Source of the DNA: Chloroflexota bacterium
Lineage (GTDB): Bacteria; Chloroflexota; Anaerolineae; Aggregatilineales; UBA3940
Direction of reading: 5' to 3'
NCBI GenBank assembly: GCA_010092885.1
Contig: JAADYX010000381.1
Coordinates: 6,144 to 70,143 of the forward strand
Length of the DNA stretch: 64,000 nucleotides
In this document: positions 10,696-20,505 of the stretch, piece after piece
Numbering within the stretch: position 1 is the first letter of the stretch
Layout: every line of letters begins with the position of its first letter
The notes under the pieces: generated by a model
The model's database searches: none
Told to the model about the DNA's origin: nothing
Seen by the model: only the letters and a program-made list of their open reading frames with translations
Made by a program: the position numbers and the translations under genes

Positions 10696-10801
10696 TTGAA
10701 CTCCTTGAGGTATTATTTTGTCGCTTGATAGGTGCATTGTACACTGCTGTGTGGAAAGTCGCATCGTATCGTTGAACACACAAATGATGGATTTTGGGAC
10801 C

Positions 10802-12397
10802 ATGGAAAATAAACAGCCAAGCGATCCAGCATCTGCCCCCGCACAGCCACATCGCCGCCGACTTGTATTAGAAGTGTTTCTCGTCTTCTTGGCTTTCCTT
10901 GCGATCTATCTGATAACAGCAAGTGATGCCGCATGGCACACTGATGGCCTTGTGCGGATGTATGTGGCTCGCAACCTTCTAGAATACGGCGACCCCATTT
11001 TGCGAGAAGCTGAGCAAGGTGAGGTCTCAGCAACGGTGTGGGCTGTCACTGGGCACGATGGTCGATTCTATAGCTTCTATGGGCTGGGGCACTCTTTGTT
11101 CATTATGCCTGGCTATGCGCTTGCTAATTGGATTGAGCAAAGTATAGGAGGAATCCCGTACATTTGGGATGAGCACCGCTTTTTCTTAGGGATGCTAGCA
11201 CCTGTTTTGTCAGCGTTGGTGGCGTCGTCGGTTTTCGCGACCACATCGTTGCTGGGGTACCGTCGCTCAAGCGCCCTATTAACGGCAGGCGTTGTGGGCC
11301 TGGCTACAATAATCTGGCCCAATGCGCGTGATTTGCAAGATAATCTACTGGAAACCAGTCTCATCATGGTGTCAATTGCTTTGCTGGTTGCCCATCATCG
11401 CTTCCCCGAGCTTAAATGGCCCCCTCTTGTGGCTGGTGCCTCGTTTGGCCTGGCATTTGTGACACGCTCATCGGCAGCATTGGCCTTCCCAGGTTTGATG
11501 CTCATCTTGATTATGCCCACCCTTCTTGAAGAGAGGGCGTTGAGCCAGAAACTTCTGACCGCAGCCGTGCTGTTTGGTCTCGGGGCTTTGCTGACGGCAT
11601 GGATCTGGCCCGTGTACAACCAAGTGCGCTTTGGCGATCCGATGGAAACTGGCTATTCACAAATGTTCTTGCGCGACGCTCCAGCACCCGGCCAGCCCCT
11701 TCTGCCCGGGTTGGCGACATGGCTGTTTAGTCCATGGCATGGGCTGCTTATTTACACGCCGCTGCTTCTCCTACTGCCGTTCCTTGCCAGACACTTCGCA
11801 GAGAATCGGGTTGGGCTGTGGGTATTGGTCGGCGGCATACTGACACTCATTTCTGTGACATTGTTCTATTCAACGTTCAGGGGCCTTGGGAAATGGACAT
11901 ACGGCCCAGGCTACTTGATGATGGGCATTCCCTGGGTATTGGTGACTCTTGTCGTGTTCTTTGAGAACTTCAAAAACATGATGTTGAGTGTGCGCGTGTT
12001 GGGAACCATTCTGCTAGGACTCAATGTGATTGCAACCTTGCCAGGTGTCTTTCTACCGATCGGCTACGCTGCACTGTACATTGGTCAACAGATTTCCCTC
12101 CAAGGTGGCGACGATCTCTCGTGGATACCCATGATATATTCGCCAATTGTCACGATGGGAGAACAAAGTATTCAAGCTATCGGTAATGTGCTCAGCGGGC
12201 GCGCAGCAACTTTCGACGTGATCCCTAATTCGGCGACATGGCTGGAGAGTTTCGTGGGCCTAAATGCACCAGACTGGTGGTGGGTGATGATCTTCTACCG
12301 TGGCTTCCGGCCGATAATCCTGATTCCGATGGGGCTGCTTGCCAGCGTCGCTGTGACCCTTTTCTTTTTGCTGCGTCTCCCCGAACCTGAGTCTTAG
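10802..12397 (+). CDS. Polytopic membrane protein, putative GT-C (ArnT/PMT-like) glycosyltransferase, copy 1
   Basis: Many TM helices; Asp in the first external loop (WHTDG); YSFYGLG; [13 protein letters not shown]; [12 protein letters not shown]. Confidence 0.65.
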   Translation: MENKQPSDPASAPAQPHRRRLVLEVFLVFLAFLAIYLITASDAAWHTDGLVRMYVARNLLEYGDPILREAEQGEVSATVWAVTGHDGRFYSFYGLGHSLFIMPGYALANWIEQSIGGIPYIWDEHRFFLGMLAPVLSALVASSVFATTSLLGYRRSSALLTAGVVGLATIIWPNARDLQDNLLETSLIMVSIALLVAHHRFPELKWPPLVAGASFGLAFVTRSSAALAFPGLMLILIMPTLLEERALSQKLLTAAVLFGLGALLTAWIWPVYNQVRFGDPMETGYSQMFLRDAPAPGQPLLPGLATWLFSPWHGLLIYTPLLLLLPFLARHFAENRVGLWVLVGGILTLISVTLFYSTFRGLGKWTYGPGYLMMGIPWVLVTLVVFFENFKNMMLSVRVLGTILLGLNVIATLPGVFLPIGYAALYIGQQISLQGGDDLSWIPMIYSPIVTMGEQSIQAIGNVLSGRAATFDVIPNSATWLESFVGLNAPDWWWVMIFYRGFRPIILIPMGLLASVAVTLFFLLRLPEPES

Positions 12398-12723
12398 CGG
12401 TCATCGCCGCTGCCATGAAGCTGCCCACGTGCGCCGCGTGAGGCAAGTTTCTTGAGATTGCTTGAAGCAATATCGTCCAGATTAAGGCCCAGTTCGTCGG
12501 CCAGCATAGCAACGTACCACAGCACATCCCCCAATTCCTTTTTGATAGCTGCAACTGCTGCGGGCGAAAACTCGCCATTCTGGTCGCGGATGACTTTTTT
12601 GACCTTTTCACATACTTCGCCGGCTTCCCCAGCCAGGCCAAGCGTTGGATAAATCGGATTGCTGCCCCGCTCGGGGTAGCGGGCGGTATCTGCAGCGCGT
12701 TTCTGATAGGTATTCAGATCCAT
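12394..12723 (-). CDS. MazG-like nucleoside triphosphate pyrophosphohydrolase
   Basis: LGLAGEAGEVCEKVKK...KELGDVLWY...NLKKL motif. Confidence 0.9.
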   Translation of the reverse strand: MDLNTYQKRAADTARYPERGSNPIYPTLGLAGEAGEVCEKVKKVIRDQNGEFSPAAVAAIKKELGDVLWYVAMLADELGLNLDDIASSNLKKLASRGARGQLHGSGDDR

Positions 12724-12765
12724 GGTATGCTTACTCCGTTTTGTTACGTCATTGAGGGAAAGCTA

Positions 12766-14349
12766 ATGCGTAATCCTGGACAGCGAATCGGCCTGGAAGT
12801 CCTGCTCATCTTTACGATGTTCCTCTCTGTCTATTTGATTACAGCGAGCGATGCAGGTTGGCACAATGATGGCCTTGTCCGCATGTATGTTGCTCGCAAC
12901 CTGCTGGAACATGGTGATCCTATTCTACGTGAGGCAGAACAGGATCAGGTTGACCAGCTGTGGGCAGTTACCGGTCGTGAGGGACGTTTGTATAGCTTCT
13001 ACGGTATTGGCCATTCACTTCTCATCATTCCAACGCAGATCGCAACTGATCTGACGAGAGATATCTTTGGCAGTCGTCCAAATCAGTACGTTCCGGAAAT
13101 GGACCGCTTTTGGTTGGGCATGATCGCCCCTGTGATGTCTGCTATGGTGGGTGCCGCCGTATACAGCGTGATCCGCCAGATGGATTTCTCACGGTCAACA
13201 GCTTTGTGTACCGCAGCAGTCATTGGCTTGGGTACGTTAATCTGGCCGCATGCGCGTGACCTACACGACAATCTGGTGGAAACAGCTTTTGTGATGGTTT
13301 CACTGGCACTCATCGTTACATACAATCGCACGGAGCAAGTCCCTTTTCTGGTTGGAGCAGGGGCTCTCTTCGGATTTGCCTTCATCACGAGAACGAGCGC
13401 CGTGTTTGCTTTTCCTGGCTTGATGCTTGTCCTGCTGATGCCGCCTTTGCTTGACAGGGGTTTCGAACCCAGACTCCTTCTGCGGATTGTTTGGTTTGGC
13501 CTGGGTTCATTGATCTTCGCATGGATATACCCAGCTTACAACTTCTGGCGGTTTGGTAGTCCATTTGAGACAGGCTACACAGAGATGTTTGCACGCGATT
13601 CTCCTGCTCCTGGGCAGCCCCTCCTGCCGGGGTTGGCAACCTGGTTGATCAGCCCGTGGCATGGATTGCTAGTATTCACACCGCTGGTCTTACTGATTCC
13701 GGTGCTCGCGAAGCGCTTCATGGCGCACCGGATGGGCAAATGGGTGCTTCTTGGAGGCGGTTTCGCCCTCGCTTCAGTGACACTTTTCTACTCGACGTAT
13801 CGGGGTCTGGGTAAGTGGGCTTACGGCCCTGGCTATCTTATGATCGGCATTCCATTCTTTCTGCTTGGCATCGCACCCCTCTTTGAGTATTGGCGGGTGC
13901 TGCCCAGCTGGCAGCGACTGAGTGGAGTTCTTCTCACTTCGCTCAATATCCTTGTTTCATTGCCCGGAGTCTTTCTGCCCGTTGCCTATGCGGCGTTGCT
14001 GATAGGTAAGTTGGTTCCTGTCAAAGGGGGTGACGACCTCTCCTGGATACCCGCATCACATTCGCCAATTGTGCTGATGGGGAGGCAGAGTCTGCGTGCG
14101 CTTGGCAATGTGTTCAGCGGACGTGCAGCTGCTCTAGAGACCATCCCTGATCCATCAACATGGCTCGACACCTATGTAGGGCTCAATGCACCAGATTGGT
14201 GGTGGCTGTTGGCCTACTATCGTGGCTTTGAACCTGCACTTATCATTCCCGTGATCCTGCTGGGAGTGGCGGGGGCGGCACTATACGGCTGGCATCAGCT
14301 TGGGGGGCAGGTTATGCTTGGTGTCAGAGACATGGAGCCGATTGATTGA
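12766..14349 (+). CDS. Putative GT-C glycosyltransferase, copy 2 (paralog of 10802-12397)
   Basis: Shares long near-identical blocks with copy 1 ([37 protein letters not shown]; [15 protein letters not shown]; GLNAPDWWW). Confidence 0.65.
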   Translation: MRNPGQRIGLEVLLIFTMFLSVYLITASDAGWHNDGLVRMYVARNLLEHGDPILREAEQDQVDQLWAVTGREGRLYSFYGIGHSLLIIPTQIATDLTRDIFGSRPNQYVPEMDRFWLGMIAPVMSAMVGAAVYSVIRQMDFSRSTALCTAAVIGLGTLIWPHARDLHDNLVETAFVMVSLALIVTYNRTEQVPFLVGAGALFGFAFITRTSAVFAFPGLMLVLLMPPLLDRGFEPRLLLRIVWFGLGSLIFAWIYPAYNFWRFGSPFETGYTEMFARDSPAPGQPLLPGLATWLISPWHGLLVFTPLVLLIPVLAKRFMAHRMGKWVLLGGGFALASVTLFYSTYRGLGKWAYGPGYLMIGIPFFLLGIAPLFEYWRVLPSWQRLSGVLLTSLNILVSLPGVFLPVAYAALLIGKLVPVKGGDDLSWIPASHSPIVLMGRQSLRALGNVFSGRAAALETIPDPSTWLDTYVGLNAPDWWWLLAYYRGFEPALIIPVILLGVAGAALYGWHQLGGQVMLGVRDMEPID

Positions 14350-14888
14350 CTATGCCAACAAAACGACTTGTGTTGTTCGTCACGGTAGTAGGCGTTGTTC
14401 TTCTGATTGATCAGGTGGCTAAATGGCTGGTCATGCAGAACCTGGAGCTGGGACAGTCCTGGCAGGCGCTGCCGTTTCTACAACCCTTGTTTCGAGTGAC
14501 ATACAGCTATAACACCGGAGCCGCTTTTGGGATGTTTCCCATGGCTTCATCGGTGTTTCTGGTGCTGGCCTTTATCGCGTCGGTAGTTTTCGCTGTGATG
14601 TACTTCAACTTTGGCAGCGAAGTCACCTGGCTTTCACTGGTCGGAGTTCCGATGATAGTCGGCGGTGCCTTGGGTAATGCCATTGACCGCCTGCGATTTG
14701 ATTATGTAGTTGACTTCTTCCATGTGCAGGTAGCCAACTTTGCCAACATCTCCAATTTCGCCGATCATGCGATAACGCTAGGGGTCATTCTGTTGTTCAT
14801 CGATCAGGTGCGGATCGAGCGAGAAGAACAGGCTCAAAAGCAGGAGGTAACAACGGCACCGGTTGAAGAGCATGAAGGGATATCGTAA
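14346..14888 (+). CDS. lspA: Lipoprotein signal peptidase II
   Basis: DQxxK, NTGAAFG, GGALGNAIDR, VVDF and NFAD motifs. Confidence 0.92.
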   Translation: MTMPTKRLVLFVTVVGVVLLIDQVAKWLVMQNLELGQSWQALPFLQPLFRVTYSYNTGAAFGMFPMASSVFLVLAFIASVVFAVMYFNFGSEVTWLSLVGVPMIVGGALGNAIDRLRFDYVVDFFHVQVANFANISNFADHAITLGVILLFIDQVRIEREEQAQKQEVTTAPVEEHEGIS

Positions 14889-15928
14889 TGCGGCGTTTGC
14901 TTGCTGTTGGTGCCATTCTCTTAGCTGGCTGCATCTCGGTTGAGAATTACGAAGAACCTCTTGTTGTCGCTGAGCAGGTTGAGTCGCCAACACCGCCCGG
15001 GATCCCAACGGATGTAATCGTCTCCGCTACACCGTCATTGGCCCCGACAGTTACACTGACTCCGACTCAGTCGATGACTCCGAGACCCTCGGCAACGCAG
15101 TCGCTAACACCTTCAGCGACCTTCACTCCGCGACCATCGAACACTCCACGCCCCGCAACCAACACACCGCGTGCGACCACGCCTGCCCCTTCTGCTACGG
15201 TGACGGCTGTGCCTACGACCGTTGTGCCCACTACAGCGGTTCCGACAGTTGTCGTGACACCACCCGACAGCGAAGATGGCAATCTGTTTGTCAATCCGGG
15301 CATGGAGGGCGATACACGCTGGGTGGGGTTCGTCGAGATCAACGTGGTGGAGAGCTGGTGGCCATTCTATTGTGACGATCCCTACGTGAGCGGCGGATGC
15401 GAAGCCCCTCAGCCCTGTGAAGATGGCACGGCCAGCGGCTGCAATCCTGACGGCCTGATGATGGGTCGACCCGAATTCAAGGCATCTACCGAAGAGACCC
15501 GTTATCGGGGCGGCGAAAGCGCCCAACAGTGGTTCTGCTTCTACAAGGTGTGTACAGCAGGGATCTACCAAACCATTGCAACTACACCTGGCGAAACCTG
15601 TACGATCACCGCATGGGTGCGAACGTGGAGCACGAATGAGATCGGGTATATCGACACGCCCTCTGATACCAGCACGGCAGATGCCCGCGCAAACTCACGC
15701 TGGGTGATCAAGGTCGATCCGACAGGCGGCACATATGCGTTTGCCGGTGATCTGTTGGAGAGCACGGAGTTCCTCTATGAGGACGGCCATTTCGATGCGT
15801 GGGCACAGATCAGTTATTCGTTCACGGCGCAAGGGCAAAGTGCCACTGTGTTCTTCGAGAACCGGCGTTTGTGGCCAATCCGGCACAACGACTCATTTGT
15901 GGACGATGTATTTGCGAGCTGCAACTAG
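14888..15928 (+). CDS. Lipoprotein with a Thr/Pro-rich linker and a C-terminal carbohydrate-binding-like domain
   Basis: Lipobox LAGC; long TPS/TPR linker; NLFVNPGME, GIYQ and DPTGG motifs. Confidence 0.75.
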   Translation: MRRLLAVGAILLAGCISVENYEEPLVVAEQVESPTPPGIPTDVIVSATPSLAPTVTLTPTQSMTPRPSATQSLTPSATFTPRPSNTPRPATNTPRATTPAPSATVTAVPTTVVPTTAVPTVVVTPPDSEDGNLFVNPGMEGDTRWVGFVEINVVESWWPFYCDDPYVSGGCEAPQPCEDGTASGCNPDGLMMGRPEFKASTEETRYRGGESAQQWFCFYKVCTAGIYQTIATTPGETCTITAWVRTWSTNEIGYIDTPSDTSTADARANSRWVIKVDPTGGTYAFAGDLLESTEFLYEDGHFDAWAQISYSFTAQGQSATVFFENRRLWPIRHNDSFVDDVFASCN

Positions 15929-15933
15929 GAAGC

Positions 15934-15959
15934 AAAAAGGCGGCAGTAGTGCCGCCTTG
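15934..15959 (-). terminator. Terminator between the convergent lipoprotein and tRNA genes
   Basis: AAAAAGGCGGCA-GTAG-TGCCGCCTT; the U-tract lies on the minus strand. Confidence 0.7.
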
Positions 15960-15962
15960 TGA

Positions 15963-16035
<73 letters not shown>

Positions 16036-16059
16036 GGGCGCTCATATGGAGCAATGCAA

Positions 16060-16088
16060 AGTCTAACGAGTTGAGGATGAGTTGTCAA
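16060..16088 (-). promoter_or_regulatory. Sigma70-type promoter of tRNA-Ala
   Basis: TTGACA-N17-TAGACT on the minus strand. Confidence 0.75.
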
Positions 16089-16089
16089 G

Positions 16090-17598
16090 GTGCGCCAACT
16101 GATCATCTGCCTGACAGCCTTAACCCTGATAGGATGTCAGGCGGCTCTTTCCAGCCCTGTTTTGCCTTCTTCCACGCGGACTCCGTCGCTGGCTACTCCC
16201 ACGCGAACACCTATTCCCACTGCGCAAGCATCACCAACAAGCGCCCCCACCCCTACGCTTCTTCCGGAAGACAGCCTGACTTTTGGAGCCGATTTGCCCA
16301 TTGTGGAACTTGATGTCGAACTTTTCTACAGTGAGCGGTGGATGCGCGCCGTCCAGAGGGTGCAACTCACCAATACCACTGATAGTGCATGGACAGAGGT
16401 GGTTTTTAATGTGCCGTTGAATGCAGTGGAAGATGCATTCTATCTTGATGCGGTCACTGTCACTCTCGGCGAGATAGTACAGGAAGAAACCTGGGAGATG
16501 GCAGCTGGCAACGGGATCGTTCGGGTGCCGCTGCCACAGCCCGCTACTCCTGGTGAGGAGCTCTCCGTGGTGATGAACTTCCGCGTGGTGATCCCACCTG
16601 TTTCACAGGCATCCTGGCCGCCAATCGGCACCACCGGATGGACGGCCACCTTGATTCAAGCTGGGGAGTTCTATCCCGCACTGGTACCGTACATTGATGG
16701 TGAATGGGTGACATGGGACTATCACCCTGTGGGCGACCCGACATTCTACCCTGCTACGGATTTTCGGTTGACGGTCACCACAGACGACCCTGGTGTGACG
16801 GTAGTTTCTGGTGGTTTTCAGGGGCGCGCTGACAACATCTGGTCCTTCGCGGTTGAAGGCGCACGGGGCATCGCGTTTTTCGCAAGCCCGGACTATGTGA
16901 TGGCCAAAGGCGAGGCGGTCGGAGTCCCGGTCTACAGCTACTATCTACCAGACCACGCACAGGCTGGAGAGGACGCGGTGGAGGTTGCGGAGCGCTCACT
17001 GGAGCTTTTCACGGAACTGTATGGCCCTTACCCTTACGCAGACCTTGTGGTGGTGGAAAACGGATTCTTCGGGGGCATGGAGTACTCTGCGCTGGCCTCC
17101 ATTACGGACTATGCCTATCATGTCTATCAGGGCGATCCGCGTTCTGTGCTGCACACCCTCATCGCGCATGAGGTAGCGCATCAATGGTGGTATGGAGCAG
17201 TTGGCAACCATCAGGCGGTAGAAGCCTGGCTTGACGAGTCACTCGGCTTTTACAGTGAACTGCTGTACTACGAGGCGTACTATCCGGATATGGTCACCTG
17301 GTGGTGGGAGGCCCGCGTTTTCCGCTACGAGAGGTATGGCCCGGTGGATGCGACGATCTACAGTTACTCCGTGAGCAGCGATTTCATCCTCTCCATGTAT
17401 GGACAGGCGGCTCTGTTCGTCGACACGCTGCGCGAGACGATGGGGGATGAGGCTTTCTTCGCCTTCCTTCAGGACTATTACCGTACACACTACGGGGGCA
17501 TTGTGACCGGAAGGGACTTCTTCGAGGCGGTACGGCGACACACCAGCGAGGATCTTAATCCGCTGTTGGAGGCCTATTTCGCTGAGACTGCCTATTAA
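16090..17598 (+). CDS. M1 family aminopeptidase, lipoprotein
   Basis: Lipobox LIGC; GGMEY; HEVAHQWW...WLDE. Confidence 0.9.
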   Translation: MRQLIICLTALTLIGCQAALSSPVLPSSTRTPSLATPTRTPIPTAQASPTSAPTPTLLPEDSLTFGADLPIVELDVELFYSERWMRAVQRVQLTNTTDSAWTEVVFNVPLNAVEDAFYLDAVTVTLGEIVQEETWEMAAGNGIVRVPLPQPATPGEELSVVMNFRVVIPPVSQASWPPIGTTGWTATLIQAGEFYPALVPYIDGEWVTWDYHPVGDPTFYPATDFRLTVTTDDPGVTVVSGGFQGRADNIWSFAVEGARGIAFFASPDYVMAKGEAVGVPVYSYYLPDHAQAGEDAVEVAERSLELFTELYGPYPYADLVVVENGFFGGMEYSALASITDYAYHVYQGDPRSVLHTLIAHEVAHQWWYGAVGNHQAVEAWLDESLGFYSELLYYEAYYPDMVTWWWEARVFRYERYGPVDATIYSYSVSSDFILSMYGQAALFVDTLRETMGDEAFFAFLQDYYRTHYGGIVTGRDFFEAVRRHTSEDLNPLLEAYFAETAY

Positions 17599-17984
17599 CG
17601 TTGGACGAAGGTCACCCGGGTCAGATTGCGGGTGCAGGCAGGGAAGTGCTCAACAACGACGGTGTCACTGAGATCATCCTCAGTACGGGAAAGACGTAGA
17701 AAGTACGTGGTTTCTTCACTGGCGGCGGTGAAGACTGCCTCACCGTTACTATCGGTTGTCTGGGTTGTCTCGACTCCATCCGTGCCGACAGTGCGCAAGG
17801 TGGCGGTGATGCCTTCAACCGGGTTTCCAGCAGTGTCGTTCACGTGGATAGCAATGGCCTGTGCCTCACAGCCCTCTGGGTGGGGCTCATGCTCAACCGC
17901 CTCCAGCGTGAAGATGCTCACCGGAGCGGATTGACAAGCCACAAAAAGGAGCACTGCTGCGGCCAAAGGGGCTAAAGCCCTCAT
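17595..17984 (-). CDS. Small lipoprotein with a carboxypeptidase-regulatory-like beta-sandwich
   Basis: Lipobox FVAC; VNDTAGNPVEG...TTDSNGEAVF. Confidence 0.7.
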   Translation of the reverse strand: MRALAPLAAAVLLFVACQSAPVSIFTLEAVEHEPHPEGCEAQAIAIHVNDTAGNPVEGITATLRTVGTDGVETTQTTDSNGEAVFTAASEETTYFLRLSRTEDDLSDTVVVEHFPACTRNLTRVTFVQR

Positions 17985-18424
17985 GCTTCGGGAACGAAGA
18001 TCACGGTCATCAGATTGAGCGCACAGTCCGGTATCGACTCGGCAACAGTGATATCGCTGACAGGCTCGCGGCTTACCGGGTCGAGGACCTGCACACGATA
18101 CACACGCTGGACCAATGCATCGGAAACGACGATGGTGAACAATCCATCGTCCTGTGTTTGGGTCGTTTCGTCGAAATCGCCATCTTCTGTTGTGATGTGT
18201 ACCGGGATACCGGATGCTCGCGCCCCATCCGGAAGGAGGACGGCACCTTGTACCACGATCCGGTCACACCCTTGTGAGGCTGCACTGTATTCGACCGCGT
18301 TGCCTTCCAGCATGAAGGTCAACCCGGGCGGCAGTGTAGCCTGGGCCGTTGTTGTATGCTGGCAGCCGGTTGCCACACCAGCCAAAGCCAGGATCTTCAA
18401 TACTGCGCGGCGAGAAACATTCAT
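17981..18424 (-). CDS. Tat-signal lipoprotein with a carboxypeptidase-regulatory-like domain
   Basis: SRRAVLK twin-arginine signal, ATGC lipobox; QGAVLLPDG...TQDDGLF. Confidence 0.7.
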   Translation of the reverse strand: MNVSRRAVLKILALAGVATGCQHTTTAQATLPPGLTFMLEGNAVEYSAASQGCDRIVVQGAVLLPDGARASGIPVHITTEDGDFDETTQTQDDGLFTIVVSDALVQRVYRVQVLDPVSREPVSDITVAESIPDCALNLMTVIFVPEA

Positions 18425-18447
18425 ACAACGAGTATACCCAACTATGG

Positions 18448-18744
18448 CTAGGTGGCAATCCAGGCCGAACCGCCGTTAATAAGCAGTGTTGGATTCTCGT
18501 AGCGCTCGCCGTCTTCCGCTTCAAGAACGATTCCCATTGTCGCTAACTGGCCGTATACGTCGTCCCAGGTTCCGTCATCGCCGGCATGATAGGCATCAAA
18601 GGCACGCGTAAACCACGGTGCGAAGTTACCCCAGTGGTCGCCTTCATGAAAATTAGCCTCGATCCAATCGCCAGAGTTACCAACTGGATCAACGGTACCA
18701 ACCCATGAACTGCCGACATAGACATACCAGGTTTTGCCCAGCAT
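18448..18744 (-). CDS. Hypothetical Trp-rich small protein
   Basis: ORF with an AAAGGGGGG RBS before MLGKTW. Confidence 0.6.
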   Translation of the reverse strand: MLGKTWYVYVGSSWVGTVDPVGNSGDWIEANFHEGDHWGNFAPWFTRAFDAYHAGDDGTWDDVYGQLATMGIVLEAEDGERYENPTLLINGGSAWIAT

Positions 18745-18882
18745 GATCAACCCCCCTTTTGTTACCTGCTGCCAGTCCATTTTATCTTAACCGATTTCAA
18801 ACGTCTAGCGGAGCCGATGTTGGTGCGAGCGATCTATTCTGGTTATGCTCAGATTGAACCCACACCACGAAAGGACTTCCGG

Positions 18883-19764
18883 ATGTCCGTCACAGTTGGC
18901 CTCTACAGTCCGGGGGACATGGGCAGTACGGTTGGGCGGGTGCTGAGCGAACACGGTCTGCGTGTCGTGGGCTGCGTGCAGGGGCGCAGTGAACGAACCC
19001 GGCATCTGGCGGAGAACGCAGAAATCGAGCTGCTTTCTTCTTATGCGGACTTGGTGGCTGAAAGCGACCTTATCCTCTCTATATTGGTACCCGCTGAGGC
19101 CGTAAAGGCAGCCGAGTTTTTGGCTCACCATTTCACAGGTGCTCGCGTAACCTATGCCGACTGTAACGCGATCTCTCCAGAGACCACACGTCACATCGGA
19201 CGGATCATCACAGACGCGGGTGCGGACTACATTGATGCATCAATTATCGGGCCGCCCCCGCACAAGCCAGGGGTGACACGTTTCTACGCATCCGGTGAAC
19301 ACGCTGCCCGGTTGGCTGCACTCAACGAATATGGTCTTGATGTCCGGATTGTGAGCGACGAGATTGGGCAGGCATCCGCTGTCAAGATGTGCTATGCAGC
19401 CCTGACCAAAGGCACCGGCGCCCTGATGGCCCAACTGCTGATCGGTGCAGAGGCCCTGGGTATCCGCGAGACACTCATGGCGGAGTTCAAAATCAGCCAG
19501 GCGGACCGGGTTGAGCGTATCGAACGGGCGACACGTTACGTACCTGCTAAAGCCCGCCGCTATGCCGGTGAGATGGACGAGATCGCCAGGACATTTGCTT
19601 CGGTAGGCCTGACGCCCAAAATCCACGAGGGCGCGGCTGCCATGTACCGTTTCATCGGAGAAACTCCCCTGGCGGATCGCAATCCGGAAGACCCCGAACC
19701 CCCTCCGGATATTGAAGAAACCCTCCGCGTTTTGCTCGCTCATTTGAAGCACACGGCAGAGTAG
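18883..19764 (+). CDS. NAD(P)-dependent oxidoreductase (6-phosphogluconate/3-hydroxyisobutyrate DH-like, DUF1932)
   Basis: SPGDMG, DCNAISP, IIGPPP, ASAVKMCYAALTKG, GEMDEIA. Confidence 0.85.
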   Translation: MSVTVGLYSPGDMGSTVGRVLSEHGLRVVGCVQGRSERTRHLAENAEIELLSSYADLVAESDLILSILVPAEAVKAAEFLAHHFTGARVTYADCNAISPETTRHIGRIITDAGADYIDASIIGPPPHKPGVTRFYASGEHAARLAALNEYGLDVRIVSDEIGQASAVKMCYAALTKGTGALMAQLLIGAEALGIRETLMAEFKISQADRVERIERATRYVPAKARRYAGEMDEIARTFASVGLTPKIHEGAAAMYRFIGETPLADRNPEDPEPPPDIEETLRVLLAHLKHTAE

Positions 19765-19776
19765 GCAGGTGAATCC

Positions 19777-20505
19777 GTGGACTCGTGGCTTTTAGTCTCT
19801 GACGTTGACGACACGCTGCTGGGCGATGACGAAGCGCTCAGGCATCTGGCCAACAGACTGGCTGGTGCTGAGCATATCACCACTGTTTGGAACTCAAGCC
19901 GTCCCTGTGCCAGTCTGCGTGCCTCGCTGGCAGAGAACGAAGCGCTCCCCACGCCAGATTACCTGGTGGGTGCCCTGGGCACAGAAATTGAAATCCGGGA
20001 TACAGGTGAGCGGCATACGGCCTATGATGAATTCCTCGACAAAACATGGGACCGTGCGCGGGTGGCGGAAGTCATGGATGGATTGGGGTTCACGCCGCAT
20101 CCACCCGAATACCTGACTCGCTTCAAGCTGAGCTATGACATCCCAGGGGAGCAGGCTTACCTGAAGGCGAAGGAAGCCCTTGCCGAAGCCGGCCTAAAGA
20201 CGCATATCATCTTCTCAGGAGGGCACAACCTGGATATCATCCCGGAAGAGGCTGGCAAGGGCCGTGTTGTGGCCTACCTGCATGACTGGTTGGGCATCCC
20301 GGCGGAGAGAGTGATTGTCGCGGGAGACTCCGGCAATGATGTGGATATGTTCATCGCCCCCTACCGGGGAATCGTCGTAGGCAATGCATCGGATGCGCTC
20401 AAGCAGATGACAGAGGATCACATTTATCATGCACGCGCACACCAAGCAGAAGGTGTGCTGGAAGGTCTTATCTACTGGAAGGTTCTACGGGAGAAAACCG
20501 AATGA
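19777..20505 (+). CDS. HAD-IIB phosphatase, sucrose-/mannosylfructose-phosphate phosphatase-like
   Basis: SDVDDTL, FKLSY, LDIIP...GKG, GDSGND. Confidence 0.85.
   Translation: MDSWLLVSDVDDTLLGDDEALRHLANRLAGAEHITTVWNSSRPCASLRASLAENEALPTPDYLVGALGTEIEIRDTGERHTAYDEFLDKTWDRARVAEVMDGLGFTPHPPEYLTRFKLSYDIPGEQAYLKAKEALAEAGLKTHIIFSGGHNLDIIPEEAGKGRVVAYLHDWLGIPAERVIVAGDSGNDVDMFIAPYRGIVVGNASDALKQMTEDHIYHARAHQAEGVLEGLIYWKVLREKTE

Noticed and set aside
14990-15265. Repetitive DNA as a non-coding repeat
   Set aside because: It is explained by the Thr/Pro low-complexity protein linker
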